From Amoebidium appalachense (taxonomy: Eukaryota; Protista; Ichthyosporea), in contig CAVNZM010000003.1 in the NCBI GenBank assembly GCA_963693365.1, positions 7,001,312 to 7,065,311 on the forward strand: DNA of 64,000 bases, in the 5' to 3' direction. The notes beneath the pieces were generated by a model, which worked only from the letters and a program-made list of their open reading frames with translations, was not told the origin of the DNA and did not search any database. The position numbers and the translations under genes are program-made. Shown here one piece after another: positions 10,184-18,626 of the stretch; position 1 is the stretch's first letter; each line of letters begins with the position of its first letter.

Positions 10184-11991
10184 GCGGTGGGGTGGTCGGT
10201 TGCCGGAGGTGGTGAAGGTAGACGTAGCCTACCACCCTGGCTATGAGCACTTGGGTGACAAGTACGGTAGCACGTACGTGTGGAACAGACCTAGGGCACC
10301 TCCGCCCCCCTTGCCCGACGTGGCCCCCCTGCCGACCCCACCCCCTCCCCCCACCTGTCCCGGCCACACCCCCGGGCCGGGCTCCGGCCATACCGTACCC
10401 CCCACCTCCCAAGCCACCTCCACCGCCCAAAACCCCTGCCCCAAACGCACCACGCCGCCGGCCCCATAACGAGCCTGCACCCTCCTTCGGGCCCCTGGCG
10501 CCCCATGTGGCCGGCCCCACCATGCCCACCCCGCCAGAGTCCCTGAAATGGGAGGTGCCTCCCCCGCCCCGTGTCCCCGTGGCCTTCCCCCCAGAGCTTG
10601 ACCCACAGACTCCCACGGCACCCCACCTGCCGGCCAAGCCCAACGGTCCACCCATACCCTTTCCCCCCTCGACGGGCCGGCCCCTGCAGACGTCCAAGCC
10701 GGACCGGTCGAGGCTGCCCGGCAAAGGGAAAGGCACCGGTCTGCCGGTGACACGGACCAGCACAACCCGTCCTGGGTCACTGCCCGGGCCGGTGGCCGTG
10801 GCAAGCAAGCACGATGACGTTGTGGAGCCTGCGGTAGCCCACGGACCCACCGTAGCCCCGGTACAACCTCTACGCACGCCTCCCGATGACGACGACGACG
10901 ACGATGAGCCAACGACCAGTGCCTGGCCACGTCCACGGCCGGTTACCCTGGCCGGCAACGACCCCAACCGCCCCTCCCCACTCCATGTGGGGGTCTTGGC
11001 ACCCCATATGACCGGTCCCACCATGCCCACCCCGCCAGAGTCCTTGTATTGGAAGGCACCCAAGGAACCGGCCACCCCCGTACCCTTCCCCCCGGAGCTC
11101 TACCCACAGACCCCCATGGCCCCCCACCTGCCGGCCAAGCCGGACGGACCACCCATACCCTTCCCGCCGCAGACGGTTCAACCCCCGCCACAGTCGCCCG
11201 CCAAAGGGAACGGTACCGGCCTGCCCATGGGTCGTAACGGGCCACGGCGGAGGCCGACTGCCCCGGCCATACCCTTCCCCCCACCACTACAACCGGCACC
11301 AACGCCGTACCCCCAGTCTCCTGCCTACCGTGGACCCGACCCGCCGGCCATGATACCCCCACGGCCGCCAAAGTCTGGCGGGTGGCCGTTGCAAATTTGG
11401 GCCGAAGCCTTCCCCCTCGTGCCTGCGCCCCCAACGCCCGAGTCCCAGCCCCACCCCACAGTCACACCTACACCGACGCCCACCAACGAGCTGGATGTGT
11501 GGAAAATGAAACTACCCTTGTCCAACGTCACGCTCTTGGACGTCGCAAACGCTCTGGCACCAGCCAATTACGAGTTCCAGGAGCCCATGTGGGACTTTGA
11601 GAAAGAGTTGTTGGACAAACACCCCGAGTATTATCAAGCTCTGCAGGGTTTCGCCCCGTACCAAGCCATCAAATTTGTAGCTTGGGGACTCCAGAAGGAA
11701 GAGCCCAAGGCCTCGAGGCAGGCCCTGTATGAGTACCGTGTGCGAGGGGGGAAGCTTTCAGACCTGCCCCTCGGTATTGACGGCCCCACCACCACCACCA
11801 CGCCCACCCCCAGCCCCACCCCAGCAGCCATCGGCTATGACGGTGACGTGACGACGTACCCAAGCACCAAGAGGGCGGTCTCGCAAACAGGGGGTGCTGC
11901 CGCCGTGTGGAGACCCCCCACGTCCCCCGCCCGACCCGACGAGGGAGGGGGTGCTGAGTCCCTTTTGGCAGGGGTTGCGGGAACACCTTGA
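10181..11991 (+). CDS. Long Pro/Thr-rich viral protein (3' part; frameshift in the C-tract near 10345)
   Basis: ORF 9972 frame (ERWGG...PLPTPPPPP) switches to the ORF 10243..11991 frame. Contains an internal ~58-aa duplication and a globular segment LDVWKMKLPL...YEYRVRGG. Confidence 0.55.
10495..11169 (+). repeat. Intragenic direct duplication (10495-10668 vs 10996-11169)
   Basis: LAPHVAGPTMPTPPESLKW...HLPAKPNGPPIPFPP vs LAPHMTGPTMPTPPESLYW...HLPAKPDGPPIPFPP. Confidence 0.85.
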
Positions 11992-11992
11992 C

Positions 11993-12676
11993 ATGCTCGG
12001 TCGGGAGAGCCCGGAGGAGTTCACAAGGCGGGTGAGGGAGGACCAGACGGGGTGGGACCACCCTGCCGTGGCCTCCTACGTGAGGGGGGTGTTCATGGGG
12101 GCAGCACGCCAGCTTCTGGGTAACGTGGTAAGGGGCCACCATGGTGACGGTGGCCCGCCGGCTATTGCTGACGGCGGTGTTGGTGGTGGTGGCCCGAACC
12201 TGCAAGAGGCCGTGTTGGGGAACCGTGACACCCTCGGAGAACTCCAGAAGGTAGCAAAGGGGGTAGCTCTGCACATGCTGAAGGTTGCTACCAAAGGTAA
12301 CAACACTGGCGTACCACGCCTACCGTACACGCCAACAGCCACGGCTACTGCTCACCCCACCCCCACAGGCACCCCCACGTGGCCACACGGTCCGAGCTTC
12401 CCCGTGCCCACCCCCACCGGTGCCCCTTCACCCACAGCCACCCCTGGGCTGGCAGCGGCCGTGCACCATCATGCCAACTACGGGAGGGGGGACATGCCCA
12501 TGCACCCACACCACCCGCACGTGCGTGCACACGTGCACAGGCCAGGGGTTGTGCCGGTCAGCCATGCCGCCGGGTATGTCGAGGGTGGCCCGGTCCCTAA
12601 GTCTGCCCGTGGGGTGTACCGCACCAAGACAGCCAGCAAGGAGAAGAAGAAGAGGAAGAAGGGTGCCGGCAAATAA
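11993..12676 (+). CDS. Viral hypothetical protein, 227 aa, basic NLS-like C-terminus (may be a frameshifted continuation of the preceding ORF)
   Basis: ATG 1 nt after the previous TGA; ends KEKKKRKKGAGK. Confidence 0.55.
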   Translation: MLGRESPEEFTRRVREDQTGWDHPAVASYVRGVFMGAARQLLGNVVRGHHGDGGPPAIADGGVGGGGPNLQEAVLGNRDTLGELQKVAKGVALHMLKVATKGNNTGVPRLPYTPTATATAHPTPTGTPTWPHGPSFPVPTPTGAPSPTATPGLAAAVHHHANYGRGDMPMHPHHPHVRAHVHRPGVVPVSHAAGYVEGGPVPKSARGVYRTKTASKEKKKRKKGAGK

Positions 12677-12707
12677 TCTACGTCATTAGGCAGCAGCGGC
12701 GGCAGAC

Positions 12708-12929
12708 ATGGCACACAGCACCGAGCACATGCGCATGCACGCTTTGCCCCACACGCTGGCACCCCTCCCCGTACCCCTACCCTACCGCGCCCGACCCGCA
12801 CCACAGACCCGCCCGTTCTACGGCCCGGGCAACGTCGTCGAGGGGCCAGGGGGGACCATGAGGCCCAGACCCCCCACCTACACACCGTGGCCCGTGGCCG
12901 CCGACCAGAGCTCCTTCCAAAACTTTTAA
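12708..12929 (+). CDS. Viral hypothetical protein, 73 aa
   Basis: ATG-initiated and compactly packed between neighbours. Confidence 0.45.
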   Translation: MAHSTEHMRMHALPHTLAPLPVPLPYRARPAPQTRPFYGPGNVVEGPGGTMRPRPPTYTPWPVAADQSSFQNF

Positions 12930-12968
12930 ATATTGTGTGTGCTAGTGTAAACAGCCTGCAGCACCATC

Positions 12969-13160
12969 ATGGAGCTCAACCCCGGCGGGCCCCCCAAAAG
13001 CAAGAGGCCGTTTATCTTCCCGGAACAGAACAACAACCTGAATGTCATGGACGTGTCCACCATACGGGACTTTCGGCAACGTCCCCTGGCCTACACCGTA
13101 AAACTGTCCGGCGTCAACGCCAACAGACCCATTCGTACGGCACCTGTGGTGTTCAAATAA
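12969..13160 (+). CDS. Viral hypothetical protein, 63 aa
   Basis: ATG-initiated, preceded by AAATATTGTGTGTGC, stop within AATAAA. Confidence 0.5.
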   Translation: MELNPGGPPKSKRPFIFPEQNNNLNVMDVSTIRDFRQRPLAYTVKLSGVNANRPIRTAPVVFK

Positions 13161-13318
13161 ACCTGGGCGGGTCGACGGTAGTGTGGGCACGTGCTGGCAC
13201 ACCCCCACTACCACCCCACGCCTGCCACAACCCCATTCTATTGTGCACAGTGTTGTCTCTAAATGCAGAGCAGGTAGCACCTGGCTACCCGCCTACAGGC
13301 AGAACATGTTATGTTCCA

Positions 13319-14208
13319 CTAGCATGTGGTAGTTTTTAAGGTCCCTCTCAGCCGTGCCCACACCCTATCGCTCTTTACTCTAGTCACTTTGCTTTTGACC
13401 GTGGGCACCAGCCTGGCTATTACTCCCGCGTCCATACCACGCACTAACCCTACCATTTTCACCAACAGGAAGGGGTACCCCACAAAGTTCTTCCGTGTGT
13501 CCTCCTTGTGTCTCCGGTGCCACGACAAGCAAAACTTAAACATGCCCGTCAAGACCTCCAACTGCTCGCACGTAAACCTGGGGAGGGGGTGCCCGTACAA
13601 CCTGTTAAGTATGTAAGGCACACGTGTGTAGTGTTGGGTGAGTTTGTTCTGTCTCAGCACCCTCCTTGCCTGGTCGGCGTTCTCTATGCCTTGCACGCCC
13701 CTGAATGCTGCCACCACCCCCTCCTGCATGTCACCCATACTCGCATTCAGGCCCTGCACCGACTGCAGCAGCTGCTTGAAGTGGTTAATGTGTCTGTATG
13801 GCTGTGACCTCTTTCTGTGTCATCTTCACAAAATAACATTCTGTCCCAGAAGGCCGTGCACCCCTCATACGTCTTCCTCCCCTCCCCGTCGCTGCCCCTC
13901 CCACCCCCTCCCGTCGTACACCCAGTCCTCCCCTCCTCCTCCTCCTCCCCCTCCCCCCTCCCCCCCCTCCCCCCCCCCTCCTCGTACACGTACTCCTGGT
14001 CCCCTCCGTCGTGCTCGTATTCGTCGTGTTCCCCCGTGCACGTCTCCCTCTCCTTGCAGTATGCCCACCAGCACCCTTGTGTCTGTGGCCGTGGCCGTGG
14101 CTGTGTGGTGGTGTTGCAGTACATGTCGTAGAGGAAGGGGCACAGGTCTAGCAGCTTCTCAGGGTCCGTGGTGTTGGCCACCATACTTAGCAACGTGTCT
14201 TCGTCCAT
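13319..14208 (-). CDS. Late transcription factor VLTF3 (poxvirus A2-like), one frameshift near 13815
   Basis: PYRHINHFKQLLQSVQG, RRVLRQNKLTQHYTRVPYILNRLYGHPLP, RKNFVGYPFLLVK, KSKVTRVKSDRVW match the VLTF3 pattern YxRINHF...YYEHIPxI...RKNFLxYxYVL...KSxxKLxxQDxIW. The N-terminus is supplied by ORF 13747..14208. Confidence 0.85.
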
Positions 14209-14663
14209 TTTTTTTCCGTGTCAGTGTGTGTGTGTGTGTTTCGGCCGAAGTTCACCTAATTCGTGATGTTGACGTTTTTGTGTTGGAAAAAAGTGACGTG
14301 TCTGTGCACACGTGTGTGCCTTTTATATGTGCTGGTGCCTGCTCTTTTTGGCAAGCCTCCCGCCCTTGTACACGTGTATGGTTCCGGTGTTGGTGTTGCT
14401 TTTGCCGAAGGACACATTGGACATGCTTGGTTTTGCATTAAGCTCTGAATTTATTGGCTGCCTCCCCTCGTGCATACGGTGCACGTGGTGTATGCCTAAA
14501 AACACCATCTTTTTCCTCTTCTGCCGGTGACCCCCCTGCCCGTGCACTCTGCACCCCATTTTTCTTTCTTCTAATGCTAAGTTAACAAACACACCACATA
14601 ATTTTCCACTGCTAGACTACCTCCTAACTGACCCCCCTCCCTCCCCCCTACCCCTCCCCCCAC

Positions 14664-17600
14664 TCAAAACTGCAGGTTCCCCTCCGGTGCCGCCCACCCG
14701 ATGGGGTAGCTGCGTACACTGCCGTCGGCCGCCTCGAACACCCCCCTCTTGTCGAACGCCCCCGACTGTGTCTTGCGCTGGTCCTTGCTGGCCAGGTGGT
14801 AGTTGTGGGGGACCCCGGGCACGGGCTCCCGCAGCAGCCGGTGGTTGGTGACGCTCACACTCGGCAGCTCGCCGTGCACCAGCATGCGCAGGCTGGGGAG
14901 GTTCACCATATCGGCCGCCCGGCGGGACAGGGTGATGCCCTTGACCTTCACGTCGGTCTTGCCGTCCTGGGTGCGGTAGGCATACGTCTTGGGGGCCACC
15001 CCCACAAACTCGACGATGGGTGTCGACGTCTCGTTCTTCCAGTTGCCCAGCAAGTCCCCGTTGGTGGAGTCGATGTTGTGGCTGAGGTGGGGCACCCTGC
15101 TGTCGTAGTGGTAGACGATGGAGTCGGTGTCCATGTACACCACCTGCTGGGGGGAGAGGGACCGGAGGGCCCCGTACAGGTGCAGCCGGGCATGGGCCGT
15201 CACGAACGTGCCGATGGCAATGTTGGCGTAGGAGGGGGGTGGGGCCGTCTCCTTCTTGGGCCGGTACTTGATGACCACCCTCTGCTCACCGATGGGCTCG
15301 ACGTCGAGCACCAGCAGGTTGGGGTTCGTCACCAGCACCCTCAGCCTGTCGACGTCGTCGACAAACTCGATGGTGTCCAGCCCTGCCCTCTGCACCAGCT
15401 TGCCCCAGAGGCTGTTCAGAAACAGCTTGCTGATGGTACGCAGGGCCGGGTTGGGCTCGAACTCGTGGGCGGCCACCGTGATGCCGTAGTGTTCCTTGAA
15501 CAGGTGCACGAGGGCGGGGATGTCGGCCGGATCTACGGTGGTGCTGGTGAGCTTCACCTTCAGGAACGTCTGCACGTACTTCCGGAAGAGGTTCTTGGTG
15601 CGTTTCTTGAAGTGCACCACGTCGTACACGTCGAGGATGGTGTACCCATCACGCACGGCCACCTTCAGCTCCTCCGTCGTCCACGTGCCCACCAGTGCCC
15701 TCTCCTCGTCCGTGTGTGTGCACATTGTGTGCTCACGTACCCTGGGGTTGCCGTCCTCGTCCATGCAGGTGGCCCGGGCCTCCTCCTTGCTGCTGCAGGC
15801 CCGGCACAGCACAAAGCCCAGCTTGTCGTACCCCTGGGCACCCGTCATACGCACGGGCAGCACGGGGATGAACAGGTCCTTGGGGGGGAGCACCCTCACA
15901 CGTGCAACACCAAAGTACCCCTTGGTCCTGGCCTGGGGGGAGCCGGGGGTCATACGGCACGTCTTGTCGAGCCTCTCCTTCAGCACCTGGGCATCCGTGA
16001 CGATGGCCGTGGGGTGGTCCTCCGTCTTGATGGGCAGTGACGTGAACCACTGTGACTTGCCCACCGGCATGTACTTGTCAATCATCACGTACGGGTAGAG
16101 GGAGGTGACGTCGACGTACTTGAGCCCGGCCTCCGGCCAGTCCTCCTCCTTGACCTCGATGTGACGGGTGATGACCTCCGTACGGCCACCAAAGAAGGCA
16201 TCACGGAACTGCACCGGGCCCGTGGGCACGGGGGCCACCCTGCCGGTGCCCTCCCTCCGTGCCGCCTGTGCCGCAAGTGCAGCCTTGACCTCGGGGCTCT
16301 GCCTCAGCCTGTCCCACCTGCACTCCCACATGCTCTGCACCTTGTGCCCCTGGGCACGGATGTACCTCTCGTGGGCCATGGTGCTGTCGTAGGCCTCCCT
16401 GGCCGGCCTCTTCACCACCCTCATCGTCAGATCCTCGTGCCTGTTGCAGTCGGGGCACCCATGGAACACACACCCGTGGAAGAAGTAGTGGGTGCACGTG
16501 CCGTCGTCGTGGGTGGCCTTGGCATCGGCCGTGGCCCTGCCGTGGGGGTCGTACCCGGTGGCCACGTGCCTTGCAACGTCGTCTGGCCCCACCCCCAGGC
16601 CGTGGGTGACGTAGTCGATGTACTCCTGCTCCTTCTTGCTGCTGTTCACGTTGCCCATGGTCTGGTCACGCATCACGGCCACGTCCTTGGGCATGGCCTG
16701 CGTGATCCAGAAGTGCATGGCGAGGGAAGCAAGGGTGACGCACGTGAAGGGGTCGATGCCCGTCAGCTCGATGAGTTTCGACATGAAGGCCTTGACCACC
16801 TGCTGCAGCAGCACCACATCCTTGACACAGTAGTCCTCGCACTGCTGGGCAATGTCGTAGCACGTGCCCGCCGGTGCCTGCCCCTGCAGCCGTGCCTGCT
16901 CCTCCCGCCACCACTGCATGAAGGCAGCATGCTGCTTGGGCTTCATGTCCTGGGCCCCAAAGTCCTCGGGCCCGGGGAAGGGGATGTGGCCGGCCTTGAA
17001 GTTGGCAAAGGTGGCTGCATGGTGGGGGAAGTGGCCCTTCGTCTCCTGGCACCCCATGGCCTTGCCGGCGTCCGACAGCGACATGGTGAGGAAGTTGAGG
17101 GTGTCCACGAACGTCAGCTCCACCACCGTCGTGCGGCTGCCGTCCCCCCTCTGCCCCCCGTGCCTCCTCTTCCGGCCGGTGCCTGCTGCTGCTGCTGCCT
17201 GCTGCACATCACCATGGCCATCACCATGGCCATCACCATGGCCATCACCATGGCCATCACCATGGCCATTGCCATCGTGGCCATGGCCATGGCCATCGGC
17301 ACCATCACCATCACCATCACCATCACCATCCACCCGCATGGGCACGGGGGCTGCTGGTGCACCGGCATTCTTGACGTAGTGGCTTATACGGCAGGACTTG
17401 ATCTTGCTGTTGGCCATGATGGGCACGTACACGTAGTCCTGGCTGCCCACCACCCTCTTGGTCACAAAGTGGAAGTCAAAGCCACTGCCGTTGTGGCAGT
17501 ACACCCGGCCACCGGCATGGGCTGGTGTGTCGAACAGCCATGCCACCACCTTGTCAATCACGTGGTGGTGGTCCTCCAGCAGCACATCCCACCCGTTCTT

Positions 17601-18626
17601 GCCGTCGGCAGAGTCCTCCGGCCAGAAGACGATGGGGGTTGAGGGCTGGCCGTCCATTGGCTCGACGTACATGGCCACTGCATGGTACACGATGTGGATG
17701 AAGTGGGGGTTTTCGGCCGTGTGGTCGGGGGCAGGCACGGGCATGGTCTCGAAGTCCAGCACGATGTCCCTGATGGGCTGTCGGGTCTGCTTCCACGGCC
17801 CCCTGCTGCCATCGTCGTCGGGCACGTGCCGTTTGCACACGTGTGCACCCACCCTGCCGTCGGCACCATCCACCCTGGCCCTCTGCCGTGCAGGTGACCC
17901 CTCCCCCCTCCCCCCCTCCCCCTCCTCCCCCTCCTCCCCCTGCCCATGCTCGTTGGAGTAGCATGCCACCCTGTCGCACGCCGTGCCGTCTGCATCCGTG
18001 TGCGTGCACATGTACACACGTCGCTGGTCACGCTTGCTGCGTATGAGGCACGTGTGGTTGCCGGGCATGTACCCCCCACAGCCCTTGCAGTCGTAGTCGG
18101 TGCACAGGTGCTGTGTCCACGTGTCGTCCTTCTTCTTGCCTCCGTGCTCACCCCCATCATCCCCCTCCCCCTCAGACATCTGCATGAGGTCGATGCCATC
18201 GCCGTTGTCATCATCGTCACCTTCGTCGTCCGACGAGTCGGCAAGGCTGGGTGGGGGGCCTGAGTCGGCATCCTCTGCATCCGAGTCCTCCTCCGTGTCC
18301 GTGCCCCAGCCCCAGTCCTCCCCCTCGTCGTTGGCGCCGGCATCTGCACCTGCATCGTACCCCCCTTGCTCCTGGGCGGTGTGCAGCCGACGTAGCCGGC
18401 GCACGCTGGCGTACTTGAACTTGTAGAAGAACCGGCCGGCAGGGTTGCCTGACACACACACCCGGCGGGCACCATCCCCAGCATCCATCACCCTGTACCC
18501 CTGCAGGCCGTGGGTGCACGTGTCCAGCCGGCACCAGAACACGTTGTCGCAGAAGGACAGTCGACCTCTGCCGCCGGCCCCTGCCCCTGAGCCCTTGAGC
18601 TTGGTCACCTGTGGTTGGCCATGCAC
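14664..18626 (-). CDS. Protein-primed family B DNA polymerase (Polinton/adintovirus type): Zn-finger, exonuclease, VSR-like insert and polymerase domains
   Basis: ExoI VLDFET, ExoII HNGSGFD, KGHFPH, ExoIII YCVKDV, FHGCVFHGC...WECRW insert, FFGGRTE, YVDVTSLYP, CTHTDEERALVGTW, KLFLNSLWGK, YMDTDS, APKTY, KVKG, FDKR. Confidence 0.95.
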   Translation of the reverse strand: MHGQPQVTKLKGSGAGAGGRGRLSFCDNVFWCRLDTCTHGLQGYRVMDAGDGARRVCVSGNPAGRFFYKFKYASVRRLRRLHTAQEQGGYDAGADAGANDEGEDWGWGTDTEEDSDAEDADSGPPPSLADSSDDEGDDDDNGDGIDLMQMSEGEGDDGGEHGGKKKDDTWTQHLCTDYDCKGCGGYMPGNHTCLIRSKRDQRRVYMCTHTDADGTACDRVACYSNEHGQGEEGEEGEGGRGEGSPARQRARVDGADGRVGAHVCKRHVPDDDGSRGPWKQTRQPIRDIVLDFETMPVPAPDHTAENPHFIHIVYHAVAMYVEPMDGQPSTPIVFWPEDSADGKNGWDVLLEDHHHVIDKVVAWLFDTPAHAGGRVYCHNGSGFDFHFVTKRVVGSQDYVYVPIMANSKIKSCRISHYVKNAGAPAAPVPMRVDGDGDGDGDGADGHGHGHDGNGHGDGHGDGHGDGHGDGHGDVQQAAAAAGTGRKRRHGGQRGDGSRTTVVELTFVDTLNFLTMSLSDAGKAMGCQETKGHFPHHAATFANFKAGHIPFPGPEDFGAQDMKPKQHAAFMQWWREEQARLQGQAPAGTCYDIAQQCEDYCVKDVVLLQQVVKAFMSKLIELTGIDPFTCVTLASLAMHFWITQAMPKDVAVMRDQTMGNVNSSKKEQEYIDYVTHGLGVGPDDVARHVATGYDPHGRATADAKATHDDGTCTHYFFHGCVFHGCPDCNRHEDLTMRVVKRPAREAYDSTMAHERYIRAQGHKVQSMWECRWDRLRQSPEVKAALAAQAARREGTGRVAPVPTGPVQFRDAFFGGRTEVITRHIEVKEEDWPEAGLKYVDVTSLYPYVMIDKYMPVGKSQWFTSLPIKTEDHPTAIVTDAQVLKERLDKTCRMTPGSPQARTKGYFGVARVRVLPPKDLFIPVLPVRMTGAQGYDKLGFVLCRACSSKEEARATCMDEDGNPRVREHTMCTHTDEERALVGTWTTEELKVAVRDGYTILDVYDVVHFKKRTKNLFRKYVQTFLKVKLTSTTVDPADIPALVHLFKEHYGITVAAHEFEPNPALRTISKLFLNSLWGKLVQRAGLDTIEFVDDVDRLRVLVTNPNLLVLDVEPIGEQRVVIKYRPKKETAPPPSYANIAIGTFVTAHARLHLYGALRSLSPQQVVYMDTDSIVYHYDSRVPHLSHNIDSTNGDLLGNWKNETSTPIVEFVGVAPKTYAYRTQDGKTDVKVKGITLSRRAADMVNLPSLRMLVHGELPSVSVTNHRLLREPVPGVPHNYHLASKDQRKTQSGAFDKRGVFEAADGSVRSYPIGWAAPEGNLQF
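17207..17331. repeat. In-frame 12-bp/6-bp microsatellite encoding (GDGH)n inside the pPolB exonuclease domain
   Basis: Tandem CCATGGCCATCA and CCATCA units; frame preserved. Confidence 0.85.
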
